64,000 nt of DNA from assembly GCA_963662315.1 (NCBI GenBank), contig OY759353.1, positions 2,848,001 through 2,912,000 on the forward strand. Reading direction: 5' to 3'. Of the stretch, positions 19,932-31,319 are shown piece after piece (position 1 is the first letter of the stretch; each line of letters begins with the position of its first letter). The notes beneath the pieces are model-generated. The model was not told the DNA's origin. It made no database searches and was given only the letters and a program-made list of their open reading frames with translations. The DNA comes from Geopsychrobacteraceae bacterium. GTDB taxonomy: Bacteria > Desulfobacterota > Desulfuromonadia > Desulfuromonadales > Geopsychrobacteraceae. The translations under genes were made by a program, and so were the position numbers.

Positions 19932-20450
19932 ATGTTTCCACCGTTTATTCGCAAAGTTATGACTTTGGCAGCATTAACAGCTGCTGTATTTAGTTTCTAT
20001 AAAGGTGATGACAACGGTTTTGTCTACCTGTGCATGGCCGCTCTGCTGGTTTATTTCGATATTCGCTGCGGTTCTATTCTTCTGGCCTACAGTGCATTTC
20101 GCCGCCAGGAGTATAATCTGATGCGCAAGTTGATCACCGGAACCCGGAAACCCCAGTGGTTACGTCCACCAAGCAAAGCCTGCTACTATTTTCTGCGCGG
20201 AATTTTACTCACCATTGACGAAAACTATGCTGAGGCCAAAGCCTGCTACCTGCAGGCTGCCAATAAACACCTGCGCCCCAAGCACCTGCAATGCCTGACC
20301 TTCTGCGCTCTGACTGATATGTCCCTTCACCTCGGCCAGCTTGATGAGGCAAGACAGTTTCTGGCTCAGGCAAAAAGCTTTCCGAACCAGCCTGAAGTTG
20401 AACAGATGTTCAGTGAGCTTGAGAAAAGAATGGCTGAGGCCTCTGCGTGA
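19932..20450 (+). CDS. hypothetical membrane protein with TPR-like C-terminus
   Basis: Two TM helices then helical repeats; start uncertain (19887 or 19932). Confidence 0.55.
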   Translation: MFPPFIRKVMTLAALTAAVFSFYKGDDNGFVYLCMAALLVYFDIRCGSILLAYSAFRRQEYNLMRKLITGTRKPQWLRPPSKACYYFLRGILLTIDENYAEAKACYLQAANKHLRPKHLQCLTFCALTDMSLHLGQLDEARQFLAQAKSFPNQPEVEQMFSELEKRMAEASA

Positions 20451-20802
20451 TCAAACACGCGTCAGATCGGTGAGCCACAGTTCCTCACCAGAGGAAAAGA
20501 CATCAACAGAGGCAGAACCTTAAGAGAAAAATCAAGCGCTTTATCAAAGAACGGGACTGGGAGCAGTTCCACACCCCCCAAAATGTCGCTACTGGGCTGA
20601 CGCTTGAAGCAGCGGAGAAATTACAGAACCTGAGGGAGGAGATTGGGGATGTCATGCCTTACCTGATTGAGCTGGCGGCCATGTTCGATCTGGATCTCCT
20701 TGAATATGCTCACCCAAAAATCACCCTGAATGAACAATAATACCTGGCCAATCTGGTGCGGGGACAGGCCCGAAAGTATACCGAATACGAATAATCTCAG
20801 AG

Positions 20803-21027
20803 TCATTCAGGCATTTCACCAACAAATTCGAAGCGCGGAACCCTCTTTCCGCCAACCTCTTTGTCATCGAAAAACATCGCCAGAGGCCGCACCCACAGGG
20901 AATATTCCCCATACAGAGTGCGGTACAGAACCAGCTCTTCTTCTGTCTCAGAATGCCTTACGGTGCCCAGAACCTGATACTCATTGCCCTTAAAGTGGCG
21001 ATATTTTCCCGGTTTGATCGTCGTCAT
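20803..21027 (-). CDS. DUF1653 family protein
   Basis: PGKYRHFKG..Y.V, HSET.E..V.YR.LYG, WVRP..MF. Confidence 0.9.
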   Translation of the reverse strand: MTTIKPGKYRHFKGNEYQVLGTVRHSETEEELVLYRTLYGEYSLWVRPLAMFFDDKEVGGKRVPRFEFVGEMPE

Positions 21028-21094
21028 AGCGGTCCTTTTCCTGCCCGTTAAAAACTCTTTACTTTTCTGCGTCTCTCTTAGCACAATATGGCTC

Positions 21095-21457
21095 ATGAAA
21101 CAAACAGACACTTATGCCAAACCACAACAGGTCGCTTTTCACGCCTTTCTGGTGCTGTTCAGTATGCTTATCATTCTTTCGTCCTGCGGGACCTGGCTAC
21201 TGAATTTTTCAGTTCTCCAGATCAGCCTCATTATCTCTGTTGCTCTGGTGCTTGTCAGCCTGGTTCTCTGGCTTTTCCTGCGCTATCGGTTGCGTGCCCA
21301 ACAGGCCAGTTACCTGGCCATTTATCAGTTTCAGATCAAGGAAAAATCGCACTTTCTCCTTGGCCCCAACGGCTCACTGACAACGAGAGAGGGTAAACCT
21401 CTCTCCCACAAAGACAGCCCGGTTTTCCGCCCTAAGGCAAAGAAGACCAGAAGTTGA
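21095..21457 (+). CDS. hypothetical membrane protein
   Basis: Two TM helices; start uncertain. Confidence 0.45.
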   Translation: MKQTDTYAKPQQVAFHAFLVLFSMLIILSSCGTWLLNFSVLQISLIISVALVLVSLVLWLFLRYRLRAQQASYLAIYQFQIKEKSHFLLGPNGSLTTREGKPLSHKDSPVFRPKAKKTRS

Positions 21458-21610
21458 CCTGTCTTAAGAAACTCTTTCTGAATAAGACATCGCCAATAAT
21501 CGCATTAAACCCTCTCTGCCTGTGAAAATACCTTGTGATCGACCTGTGATTTCTATACACTCCAACCATACAGACAAGTTAAATATTGAATATATAGCAG
21601 ATTTAACAGC

Positions 21611-23449
21611 GTGGACGGTCAATATATAGTGGCGCCTATGCATTTTTCATATCTGCCCAGCAGACAAATCACTCCCCCTCAAAGGCGCAATTTTATTGGT
21701 CGTATTTTCCTGCTTGCGTTGTTTTTTCTGTCATTTGACAACCTATCTTTCTCCCAACCGGATGGCGTAACTCTGACCGTCAACAAAACGTTCCAGAATC
21801 TGCAAGACCCGTTGTATTGTCTTGATCAGGACCAAAGCCCCCCTCACCCTGGAATGTCAACCCTGCCAGGCTGGCGCTTATGTAAGCGTCAGGATCTGTT
21901 TATTCAGCCTCCTAAAGCATCACCGTGGATCCGCATCAGTCTCAATAACAGCACGGAGAATTCACTTTGGCTGCTCAGAGTTGACGGGCATCATTTGGCG
22001 CATGTCGATGTTTACCGGGAACTCGCGTCAGGACATTCTCAAAACCTTAGCGCGGTAGATCAATCTCTGTTTCTTTATCCTCTCGAAATGGATCCCGCTG
22101 AACAAACCTCTTTGTTCCTTAAAGCCCGTGCCGACTTTGACTCTTTTCTGCAGCTTAAAATAGGGGCTCAGAATCACTATTATCAGCACCACTTCTGGAA
22201 TACTCTGATCCAGGGATTTTTCTTTGGTACCCTGATTATCATGCTGCTTTACAACTTTTGCCTCTATCTCTGGCTTAAAGAAAAAAACTACCGCTGTTAC
22301 TCACTTTATCTGCTGAGTGTCATTATTTATGTTGTTGCCGATAGCGGCCTCGGCCGTCAATATCTGTGGACTGACTGGTCATGGTTGAGACGTCACGATT
22401 ACACCCTTTTTGCTGCTTTTTCATTTACGGCAGCCACCCTTTTCATCAGACGTTTTTTGCAGCTCAGGATGTATCGTGGCTGGGTTTATCCGCTCAGTAA
22501 TATTTTCCTTTGTGCCTGGATAACCCTGACCCTGTGTTCACTGGTCCTGACGACCCTTGCCTTTCGCATGACTCTTTACAGTATGGGTTTTCTGTCCCTT
22601 GTTGCCGGTCTGATAACCAGTCTGTATCTCTGGCAGCGAGGTAGCCTGCAGGCCCGCCAATATACCATCGCCTACATCATTCTTTATATTGGCACCACCA
22701 TCCATATCCTTGGCCTTGCGGGGCTGATCCCCTGGAGTTCATGGACTGAATACGCCCAGTTGATCGGTTTTACCGTTGAATTTTCCCTTCTGTCTCTGGC
22801 GCTGGCCGATGCCATGAACCGAAGTCTGGAAAGTCGCGTCAGCGAGCGAACAACCGCTCTGGAACAGGCCCTGGACAAGCTGGAGACCGTTAATTATGAA
22901 CTGGCGAACCAAAGTCTTACCGATCCTTTGACCGCAATCTATAATCGTCGCTATTTTGATCAGGTCTATAACAATGAACTGCAGCGCGGTATTCGCAGTA
23001 ACCTCCCGCTATCAATACTGATGATCGATATTGATCATTTCAAGTCGGTTAATGACCGCTTTGGCCATCTGCAAGGCGACGAATGTCTGCGTCTGATCGC
23101 CAGTACCCTGGACAACCTTGTTGAGCGCAGCAATGATTTGTTAGCCCGCTATGGAGGGGAGGAATTTGTCATCCTGCTTCCGGGAACCAGTCAGGATCAT
23201 GCCTTCATTTTCGCTGAGCGAGTGTTAACGACGGTGCGCAACACGCCTTTTTTCATTAATAGTAAAAAATTGTCCATTACGGTCAGTATTGGTGTGGCCG
23301 GTTGGATTCCGGCCCAGGGGGAAGAGATCGAGATCCTTCAGGACGCTGCGGACAAGGCGCTATATCGGGCCAAAGCAGCGGGTCGCAACTGTATCAGGAC
23401 GGCCAGTGAGACTGACCGTCCAAACTTTCAACTGCAACTCCTGCAGTAA
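21611..23449 (+). CDS. diguanylate cyclase with 7TM-DISM sensor
   Basis: 7TM region; TDPLT, DIDHFK.VND..GH, RYGGEEF. Confidence 0.92.
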   Translation: MDGQYIVAPMHFSYLPSRQITPPQRRNFIGRIFLLALFFLSFDNLSFSQPDGVTLTVNKTFQNLQDPLYCLDQDQSPPHPGMSTLPGWRLCKRQDLFIQPPKASPWIRISLNNSTENSLWLLRVDGHHLAHVDVYRELASGHSQNLSAVDQSLFLYPLEMDPAEQTSLFLKARADFDSFLQLKIGAQNHYYQHHFWNTLIQGFFFGTLIIMLLYNFCLYLWLKEKNYRCYSLYLLSVIIYVVADSGLGRQYLWTDWSWLRRHDYTLFAAFSFTAATLFIRRFLQLRMYRGWVYPLSNIFLCAWITLTLCSLVLTTLAFRMTLYSMGFLSLVAGLITSLYLWQRGSLQARQYTIAYIILYIGTTIHILGLAGLIPWSSWTEYAQLIGFTVEFSLLSLALADAMNRSLESRVSERTTALEQALDKLETVNYELANQSLTDPLTAIYNRRYFDQVYNNELQRGIRSNLPLSILMIDIDHFKSVNDRFGHLQGDECLRLIASTLDNLVERSNDLLARYGGEEFVILLPGTSQDHAFIFAERVLTTVRNTPFFINSKKLSITVSIGVAGWIPAQGEEIEILQDAADKALYRAKAAGRNCIRTASETDRPNFQLQLLQ

Positions 23450-23465
23450 CCTGGCACGCCAAACT

Positions 23466-24863
23466 TCAGTGCTCTACAAAAACGCTTTTCTTCTTTACCC
23501 GTCCCAATGAACAGCCAATGCCGATAAGACAAAGACCGCTGAATGCCAGCAAGGCGAGATGCATACTTTGCAGAAATCCTGGTAATGTTTCTTGCGTAAC
23601 TTCCTGGCCATGCATAACATAGGAAAAAATCAGGGTAATGATCATCATGCTCGATACCATGCCCAGGGTCCGCATGCTGGCGTTCAGCCCAGAGGCAACG
23701 CCCAGATGGCGCGGTTCAACGCTGCCCATGATCATATTGGTGTTTGGTGAGGAGAACAGGGCAAAGCCTATCCCCATAAAAACCAGCAACAACAACACCT
23801 GCAGCAGTGACGAGTTTGCCGACAGGAAGGAGGCAACTCCCAGCCCTGCAGCACAAAACGCCATTCCGGTCGTCGCGACCAGGGAGGCCGGTATCCGATC
23901 AGACAATCGTCCACATGCAGGGGAAAACAGGGTCTGAATAATCGGCTGGGCAATCAGCACTGTACCTGCCTGCTGTGGCCCCATCCCCTTGACATACTGC
24001 AGGTAGAGGCTCATGAAGAAGGTTACCCCGAAAGTTGCCGCATAATTAAACAGAGCCGCCAGGTTACTCAAGGCAAAGACGCGGTTCTCACTAAGTAATT
24101 TGATATCCAGCAGGGGGTACTGTGTTATCCGTTCATGAAGCAGGAAGAGCAGGAAACCAAGGTTGGCAAGAACAACCAGCCCCCAGGCCCACCAGCCCCG
24201 GCTCAAATGAGCGACTCCCCAGACCAGCAGCATAATCGAGCAGCCATAAATGATGGCTCCTTTCAAATCAAAAGGCTCACCCCGGGCCGGATACCACTCA
24301 CCTTTAATTTTCAGACAGGTCACCAGCCAGGTTAACAACCCCAGAGGAATCAACAGGTAAAACAAGGCGCGCCATCCGAACCAGGCGACCAGATAGCCGC
24401 CGATAAAAGGCCCACAGGAAATTCCGGCATAAACACTGGCCACGGCAATTCCCAGTGCCTTGCCCCGTTGCTCTGCTGGAAACACCGCAACGACAATGGC
24501 CATTGTCGTTGCCAGGACCATGGCGCCACCAATCCCCTGCAGAAAGCGCATGACAATGACACCTTCAATCGACCAGGCCTGTGAAATAGCCGCTCCCGTA
24601 AAAGTAAACAGCAGCAACCCGGTCTGGAAAATACGCCGTCGGCCGTGAATATCACCAAAGCGCCCCATCGCCAGCAAAAAGATGGCCGATGACAGTGCGT
24701 AGGTTGTTTCAACCAGGCCCAACTGCATGGCGGTCGCGGAAAATTCCCGCCCCATGACCGGCAGAGCCACTCCGACCGAAGACATCATGAACGGCATCAA
24801 AAAGTGGGCAACACAGACAGAAAACAGAATCGCCCCCCGTGCTGGCTCGTCCTCCTGGTTCAT
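23466..24863 (-). CDS. MFS transporter (DHA2/14-TMS type)
   Basis: GRFGDIHGRRR motif A; many TM helices. Confidence 0.92.
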   Translation of the reverse strand: MNQEDEPARGAILFSVCVAHFLMPFMMSSVGVALPVMGREFSATAMQLGLVETTYALSSAIFLLAMGRFGDIHGRRRIFQTGLLLFTFTGAAISQAWSIEGVIVMRFLQGIGGAMVLATTMAIVVAVFPAEQRGKALGIAVASVYAGISCGPFIGGYLVAWFGWRALFYLLIPLGLLTWLVTCLKIKGEWYPARGEPFDLKGAIIYGCSIMLLVWGVAHLSRGWWAWGLVVLANLGFLLFLLHERITQYPLLDIKLLSENRVFALSNLAALFNYAATFGVTFFMSLYLQYVKGMGPQQAGTVLIAQPIIQTLFSPACGRLSDRIPASLVATTGMAFCAAGLGVASFLSANSSLLQVLLLLVFMGIGFALFSSPNTNMIMGSVEPRHLGVASGLNASMRTLGMVSSMMIITLIFSYVMHGQEVTQETLPGFLQSMHLALLAFSGLCLIGIGCSLGRVKKKSVFVEH

Positions 24864-26062
24864 CTTTTCTTATTCCGCTCTTTTTTCTTCTGGCTGGCCT
24901 TCAACAGTTCACCAAAGGTACCCATCCCTGAAGACTGGGGCTGGTCCGAGTAACTGGTATCAAGTTCTTCCTCGACGTTGGCGCCTGCGAGCGCCAGACT
25001 GATGCGGTGCTCGTCTTTATCAATCTTTTCAATCACAACGGTCAGACTCTGCCCGACGGTAACAACATCCTGCGGATGCCGGACCCGCTGGCCATTTTCC
25101 GCTAATTTGGAAATATGCAACAGCCCGTCGATTCCGTCTTCCAGGGATACAAAAGCACCAAACTGGGCCAGGCGATTGACCTTGCCTGCATACTGACCTC
25201 CAACCTTGTAAATGGAGCCAACCTTACTCCACGGATCGGCAAGGGTATCGCGCAGGCTGAAAGAAAATTTGTTGTTTTCCCAATCGATTTTCTTGATAGA
25301 GACCTCCAGCTGCTGACCAATGCGCAGGATATCGTTGACATCGTCAACTCGGCCATAGCTGATCTCGGAAATCGGCAGTAAGCCCTCAATTCCACCAATA
25401 TCGACAAAAGCACCGAAATCGAGGATATTGGTCACCTCGCCGGAGACAATCATCCCCTCCTTGAGGGTATGACGTAAACTTTCCCGCTGTTGCTGACGTT
25501 CTTCATCCAGCAACTGACGGTGTGATACGACAATATTGCGACCCCGCTCACTGAACTGGGTAATTTTAAAGGAGAGCGCCGTACCGATCAGATCGGCTGG
25601 CTCGCCCTGCCGGATACCGGTCTGGGAAAAAGGGCAAAAGGCCCGGACATTACCGGCCAGTTTGACTTCAAAGCCTCCTTTGATCTCTTTTTCGATCCGT
25701 CCTTCAACGGGAATACCACTCTGCCAGGCATTTTCCAATTGCTCGGTACCGGAACCACTGCCACCAACCTTGGTCGTAAAGCGGAGTTCTCCGCCACTGC
25801 GTGACAGGAAAAACACCGGTATTTTATCGCCGGGCTTGAATTGTGGCTCACCATCTGCGTTCAGCAATTCAGCAGTAGCGAGAACGCCCTCCCCCTTTTG
25901 GCCGACATCGAGAAAACTCCAGTCTTTACCCAGCTGAAGCAAGGTTCCTTCAATTTTCTGCCCTGGCTCCAGCTGCTGGCCGACATCGGCCAGACTGGCT
26001 TCAAACATGGCTGCGAAATCTTCTTCGTCATTAAAATCGTCATCTTTAAAGTCGTCACTCAT
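24860..26062 (-). CDS. rpsA: 30S ribosomal protein S1-like, short four-S1-domain form
   Basis: Repeated FGAFV..G.DGLLHIS S1 motifs; 400 aa. Confidence 0.85.
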   Translation of the reverse strand: MSDDFKDDDFNDEEDFAAMFEASLADVGQQLEPGQKIEGTLLQLGKDWSFLDVGQKGEGVLATAELLNADGEPQFKPGDKIPVFFLSRSGGELRFTTKVGGSGSGTEQLENAWQSGIPVEGRIEKEIKGGFEVKLAGNVRAFCPFSQTGIRQGEPADLIGTALSFKITQFSERGRNIVVSHRQLLDEERQQQRESLRHTLKEGMIVSGEVTNILDFGAFVDIGGIEGLLPISEISYGRVDDVNDILRIGQQLEVSIKKIDWENNKFSFSLRDTLADPWSKVGSIYKVGGQYAGKVNRLAQFGAFVSLEDGIDGLLHISKLAENGQRVRHPQDVVTVGQSLTVVIEKIDKDEHRISLALAGANVEEELDTSYSDQPQSSGMGTFGELLKASQKKKERNKKR

Positions 26063-26193
26063 ATCTGTATCCTCTTTGAATATGCGGGAAAAAAAGAAAG
26101 ACTAGCCCTTTTTCAGATCAGAGTAAATGGATTGTTTTTTATCATGAAGGTGCTATCTTTTGACCACACGGACAATAGTCTTGGAGGAATGGG

Positions 26194-26892
26194 ATGAAAC
26201 CAACCAGCTGGCTGGAAAGCCTGAATTGTGCGATTGAAGGCATTCTCTGGGCCGCCAGAGGGGAACGCCACGTTCGTTATCACCTGGTCGCGGCCTTGGC
26301 GGTTGTCTTTCTAGCCCTGTTTTTCAGGGTTTCTGCGGTTGAATTCTTCCTGCTCGCGCTGGCTGCCGTGCTGGTTCTGTTTGCCGAACTGATGAATACC
26401 GCCATTGAAGCGGTTGTGGATCTGGTCACCGACGACTATCATGAACTTGCCAAACGGGCCAAAGATGTTGCCGCAGGAGCCGTGCTGGTGACCAGCTTCG
26501 GTTCTGTCGTTTTAGGCTACCTGGTTTTGTCCGGCCATATTTTCCCCCTCTTTGACAGCCAGCCGACACTGGTAAAAGAACCTCAGGGCACCATACCGGT
26601 CGGCGCGCTGTTGATAGTGGTTATCCTGGTGGTCCTGTTTAAATCACGCTTTAACCACGGCACTCCGTTACACGGAGGGATGCCCAGCGGCCACACCGCT
26701 ATCGCTTTTTCCATTGCAACATCAACCCTGCTGATGAGCCACAGTCTGATTATCGGCTTGTTGGTCTTGCTCCTGGCGCTGCTGGTCAGCCAGAGTCGTC
26801 TGCTGATGAAAATCCACACCCCGCGTGAAGTTTTTCTGGGCGCTCTGCTCGGGACCATTGTGACCTTGCTGGCTCACCTTATTTTTACCTGA
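26194..26892 (+). CDS. dgkA: diacylglycerol/undecaprenol kinase fused to a PAP2 phosphatase domain
   Basis: ELMNTAIE.VVD, AKDVAAGAV; PSGH and SR.....H PAP2 motifs. Confidence 0.88.
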   Translation: MKPTSWLESLNCAIEGILWAARGERHVRYHLVAALAVVFLALFFRVSAVEFFLLALAAVLVLFAELMNTAIEAVVDLVTDDYHELAKRAKDVAAGAVLVTSFGSVVLGYLVLSGHIFPLFDSQPTLVKEPQGTIPVGALLIVVILVVLFKSRFNHGTPLHGGMPSGHTAIAFSIATSTLLMSHSLIIGLLVLLLALLVSQSRLLMKIHTPREVFLGALLGTIVTLLAHLIFT

Positions 26893-27062
26893 CGCTTCTC
26901 AAGCGGGATGCCAGCCTTCCGTTCCCGGCTTAAACACCAGGATCTCTAGAAGATAATTTAGTGTTTTTGTTACAATTTCTTGCGTGTTCCCGTGCTGTGA
27001 GCTAGACTTTTCAAGACCAACCGATGCTTTCGCAACTGATCTGCAGCAGGGGGGACCTGATC

Positions 27063-29273
27063 ATGCGAATTTCCCATAGACTTCTGGTTCTGGCCATTAT
27101 TTCAGCTCTCCTCAGCTGCGGCACCCTGCTATGTCAGGGTGCCGCAGCAACAGAATCGCCTCCAGTACTGACAGCTGCAGAGCAGCAGTTTTTGCAGGAA
27201 CATCCCGTCATAAGGGTCGGCTTTGACCCTGAATTTGCACCTTTTGAATTTAAAGACAGCCATGGCGCCATCCAAGGAATTGCTTTTGATTATATCGATC
27301 TGCTCAACCGCCGCCTCGGAACCAATCTGCAGGTGGTTGAGGGTTTAAGCTGGCAGGAAGCCGTTGATGCCATCAAGCGTCGGCAACTCGATGTTCTTCC
27401 GTGTATCGGAAAAACGGCTGAAAGGTCCAGCTTTCTTAACTTCAGTGTCCCTTACCTCGACTACTACCGCGTTATTATCACCCGCAGCGAACATCCCTTT
27501 GTCAGTGACCTGCAGGATCTTGTCGGAAAACGGGTTGCCGTTCAGTCACATACTTCCCACTCTGGTTTTATTCGGGAACATACTCACCTATCACTGACTG
27601 AATACCCGACATTGCAAGAAGCCCTGCAAGCATTATCGGGTGGTTCAGTCGATGCATTTGTCGGCAATGTTGCATCATCCAGCTATTGGATCAGGCAACT
27701 TAACCTGACCAATCTGAAAATTGCGGCCCCGGTGTCACATGAGGTCTATAAACTGCACTTCGGGGTGCGCAGCGACTGGCCTCTCCTCATCGATATCATC
27801 AACAAAGGGCTGGCCAGTATCAGTTATGACGAAGCCTCCGGCATTGCCCGGCGCTGGATCAATATTGATTACAATCCGGGCATTTCAAAACAAACGTTTG
27901 TTGTTTCCATCCTACAGATTGCAGCAGTCTCGACCATCATTGTCTTGGCCATCCTCTACTGGACATTGCGGCTGAAACAGGAAGTCGGGCAAAGGAAAAT
28001 TTCCGAGCAGGCCCTGCAGAGCCACATTGAGTTTGAACGCTTCAGCGCTGAATCCTCGAGTCAATTTATCATCAACTCGTCAGCCCAATTTGATAACAGC
28101 GTTAAAAGCGTTCTTGAAAAACTCGGACAGGTGCTCCAGGTTGACGCCTGCTATATATACCTGCTTGATCACTCCAGAGACCTCTTCTGCTGTGATTACC
28201 GGTGGGATAATGGTCGGTTGTCATTGCCGGACGGAGGGTCTTATCAATTTGCTGCGGAACAGATTAGCTGGTGGTATGAGCAATTGATTCAACGTCATGA
28301 GGTCGTTATCCATTCCCAGTCACAAATTCCAGCTGACGCCATCGCGGAAAAAGCTCTGTTCTCCAGCATGGGAGTCGCATCAATGGTTAATATGCCTCTC
28401 ATTTTTCGCTGTGATCTGATCGGGATGCTTGGGGTCAGCACCAAAGATCAACGTGACTGGCTCAAGTCGGACATCGACCATATCCGCCAGATCAGCTCAA
28501 CCCTGACCCACGCTTTTCAACGTCATAATATGGAACAGGAACTTCAGTCCGCCATGCAACAGGCACAAATGGCCAACCACATAAAAAGTGCATTTCTGGC
28601 CAGTATGTCCCATGAACTAAGAACCCCTCTTAATTCCATTATCGGCTTTCTTGGCCTGGTTGAAAGTGAACTGGCCGGGCCTCTCAATTTTGAACAGAAA
28701 AAGCAGCTGCGCATGGCGAGTGGCAGTGCTCAACATCTGCTCAACCTGGTCAATGACGTTCTTGATATTTCTAAAATTGAAGCTGGCGAATTGCAGGTCG
28801 AATCTGAACAGTTCGATATCATCGAATTACTTCAAAACACCTGTGACAACCTCATACCGCTGGCCCAAAGCAAGCAACTTTCCCTTTCCTTTAAACCTCT
28901 TGTCAATCATTTATCACTAATTAGTGACAAGCGCCGGGTAAAACAGATTCTCATCAATATCATCAATAACGCCATCAAATTTACCGAAACCGGTCATATC
29001 AACCTAAGCTGTCAAACCGGCGGTGATTACTGTGAAATTAGCATTCAGGATACCGGGATCGGCATTGCCAAGGAACATCTCGAAACGATATTCGAGCCGT
29101 TTCGGCAAATCGACAGCGGTACCGAAAGGCGCTATGAAGGGACCGGGCTTGGCTTATCTATCTGTATGAAGTTACTGCGGTTACTCAATGGTGACATCAG
29201 CGTTAGCAGCAGGCTTGGTGAAGGAAGCTGCTTTCTGCTCCGCTTCCCCTTACCAGGAAAGGACTCCATATGA
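27063..29273 (+). CDS. sensor histidine kinase (SBP3-TM-GAF-HisKA-HATPase)
   Basis: [28 protein letters not shown]; start 27063 or 27024. Confidence 0.93.
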   Translation: MRISHRLLVLAIISALLSCGTLLCQGAAATESPPVLTAAEQQFLQEHPVIRVGFDPEFAPFEFKDSHGAIQGIAFDYIDLLNRRLGTNLQVVEGLSWQEAVDAIKRRQLDVLPCIGKTAERSSFLNFSVPYLDYYRVIITRSEHPFVSDLQDLVGKRVAVQSHTSHSGFIREHTHLSLTEYPTLQEALQALSGGSVDAFVGNVASSSYWIRQLNLTNLKIAAPVSHEVYKLHFGVRSDWPLLIDIINKGLASISYDEASGIARRWINIDYNPGISKQTFVVSILQIAAVSTIIVLAILYWTLRLKQEVGQRKISEQALQSHIEFERFSAESSSQFIINSSAQFDNSVKSVLEKLGQVLQVDACYIYLLDHSRDLFCCDYRWDNGRLSLPDGGSYQFAAEQISWWYEQLIQRHEVVIHSQSQIPADAIAEKALFSSMGVASMVNMPLIFRCDLIGMLGVSTKDQRDWLKSDIDHIRQISSTLTHAFQRHNMEQELQSAMQQAQMANHIKSAFLASMSHELRTPLNSIIGFLGLVESELAGPLNFEQKKQLRMASGSAQHLLNLVNDVLDISKIEAGELQVESEQFDIIELLQNTCDNLIPLAQSKQLSLSFKPLVNHLSLISDKRRVKQILINIINNAIKFTETGHINLSCQTGGDYCEISIQDTGIGIAKEHLETIFEPFRQIDSGTERRYEGTGLGLSICMKLLRLLNGDISVSSRLGEGSCFLLRFPLPGKDSI

Positions 29274-29641
29274 AGCAGAGCATTTTGATCATTGAAGACA
29301 ATGAACAAAACATGTACCTGACAACCTTCCTGCTGGAAAAACATGGCTTTGATATTTATCAGGCCCGCTCCGGACCTGCAGGTATTGAAGCCGCCCATGA
29401 GACCCACCCGGATCTGATTCTGCTCGACATTCAGTTGCCCGGAATGGACGGTTACCAGGTTGCCGGCGTTTTAAAAAATGATCCTCAGTTAAAAAATATA
29501 CCAATTATCGCGGTAACATCGTATGCCATGGCTGGTGACCGCGAGAAAATCCTTGCTGCCGGGTGTAATGGCTACATTGAAAAACCGATTGATCCTTATA
29601 ATTTTGTCAATCAGATCAGTACGTTTTTTGCTACATACTGA
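29270..29641 (+). CDS. single-domain response regulator
   Basis: IIED, LLDIQLP.MDG, KP. Confidence 0.93.
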   Translation: MKQSILIIEDNEQNMYLTTFLLEKHGFDIYQARSGPAGIEAAHETHPDLILLDIQLPGMDGYQVAGVLKNDPQLKNIPIIAVTSYAMAGDREKILAAGCNGYIEKPIDPYNFVNQISTFFATY

Positions 29642-29652
29642 AGAGGCCCAGG

Positions 29653-31287
29653 ATGATTAGTATTCTCATTGTTGATGATGATCAAAATACTCAGGCTATT
29701 CTTTCGACTCTGCTAACCAGCCAGAATTTTCATGTTTTAAATGCAGCTAATGGCCGAGAGGGGCTGGAGCAGGCCATCCGCCATACTCCAAATCTCATTA
29801 TCTCTGACATCATGATGCCGGAAATGAACGGTTTCCGTTTTTGCCGTGAATTGAAACAGCTGCCTGACCTCGCAGCGATTCCTTTTATTTTTTATTCGGC
29901 AACCTTTATTGAAGATGATGATCAGCGCTTGGCCTTAGGCCTTGGTGCCAACCGTTTTGTTATCAAACCTAAAGATAACCTTCAGTTTTTGGATATTGTT
30001 CAGAATGTTCTCAACGAATATCAACATGGAACACTTCAGCACAAAACCAACCAGGACAGTGAAACCGACCAGATTCTGAGCTTATATGAAAAAAGTATGG
30101 GTCGAAAACTTGAAGAGACGGTTAAACGCCTGCAAAACCAGCAGTGTGCCCTGGCTCTGTCAGAAAAACATCTGAAAGAAGCCCAGGAAATTGCCCTGTT
30201 GGGACATTGGGCATATGCGCTGCAAACCCAGTCAATGCAATGGTCAGATCAGATTTTTCGTATTCTCGGCTGTGCTCCGCAGGCTTTTATCCCGAGCCTG
30301 GAAACTTTTTATAGATATGTCCACACTGATGATCTGCAGAATCTCAGAGCAGCGTTTCGCCGGGCACTTGAAAACAAGATGTCTTTTCAGAAAGAGTTTC
30401 GCCTGCTACGCGAAGGTGGCCCCTGCTTTGCCCATGTGCGAACCCAGGTCCAGTGTGATCAACTCGGCAATGCCATTTACGTCATCGGCACGTTGCAGGA
30501 CATTACCGAACAGAAACTTGCGCTGCTGGAACAAGAACGCCTGCAGAATGAGCTGTTTCAGGTCCAAAAGATGGAATCCCTCGGTCGGTTGGCAAGTGGT
30601 ATTTCCCATGACTTTAACAACTTGTTGGCGGTTATTAACGGACACCTGTTCCAAACACAAAGAAAGCTTGAACAACAGCACCCCGCCATGGCAAATCTCA
30701 AACAGATCGAAGCTGCAACTCTACGGGCCACGGATCTGATTGACAGTATTCTGAGCTACAGCCGATGTGAATTGCCCGAATTAATACCACTGCAAATGGT
30801 CTCCTGCCTTAATAACAATCTGGACTTGCTCAAACCGATACTGCCTGAAGGTGTGATATTGCGTAAGGAACTCGATACTGATGCCGATAGCTTTATGGTT
30901 ATGGCCGACGAAACTCAGCTGCAACAGATTATTCTGAACCTGTGCAAAAATGCCGTGCAGGCCATGGCCGATCACGGCACTCTCACCCTGGGGCTTCGCG
31001 TCAAAAAGCTTCATAAAGGTGAATTTCCAGCCGGAAGCGGATGTTTACCAGGAGTCTATATTGAACTTTTCTGTCATGATAATGGTTGTGGCATATCAAG
31101 CGAGACCCTGGGGAAAATATTTGATCCTTTCTTTACGACCAAAAAGTCGGGGACCGGAATGGGATTGGCGGTTATTCACAATCTGGTTCATGCCCATCAC
31201 GGTTTTATCACCGTCCAGTCAGAGCCTGGAGCAGGAACCACCTTCCATGTGTACTTTCCTCGCTATATCCAGGAGGACGAAGCTTAA
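29653..31287 (+). CDS. hybrid kinase (REC-PAS-HisKA-HATPase)
   Basis: DIMMP, HDFNNLL, NA..AM, FDPFFTTK, GTGMGL. Confidence 0.93.
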   Translation: MISILIVDDDQNTQAILSTLLTSQNFHVLNAANGREGLEQAIRHTPNLIISDIMMPEMNGFRFCRELKQLPDLAAIPFIFYSATFIEDDDQRLALGLGANRFVIKPKDNLQFLDIVQNVLNEYQHGTLQHKTNQDSETDQILSLYEKSMGRKLEETVKRLQNQQCALALSEKHLKEAQEIALLGHWAYALQTQSMQWSDQIFRILGCAPQAFIPSLETFYRYVHTDDLQNLRAAFRRALENKMSFQKEFRLLREGGPCFAHVRTQVQCDQLGNAIYVIGTLQDITEQKLALLEQERLQNELFQVQKMESLGRLASGISHDFNNLLAVINGHLFQTQRKLEQQHPAMANLKQIEAATLRATDLIDSILSYSRCELPELIPLQMVSCLNNNLDLLKPILPEGVILRKELDTDADSFMVMADETQLQQIILNLCKNAVQAMADHGTLTLGLRVKKLHKGEFPAGSGCLPGVYIELFCHDNGCGISSETLGKIFDPFFTTKKSGTGMGLAVIHNLVHAHHGFITVQSEPGAGTTFHVYFPRYIQEDEA

Positions 31288-31319
31288 GGCCACGCCTGCG
31301 TTCTCATAGCTACAGACAA

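Noticed and set aside
20621..20806. 61-aa ORF overlapping the DUF1653 stop (ATGA)
   Set aside because: The coupling is suggestive but there is no recognisable motif; insufficient support.
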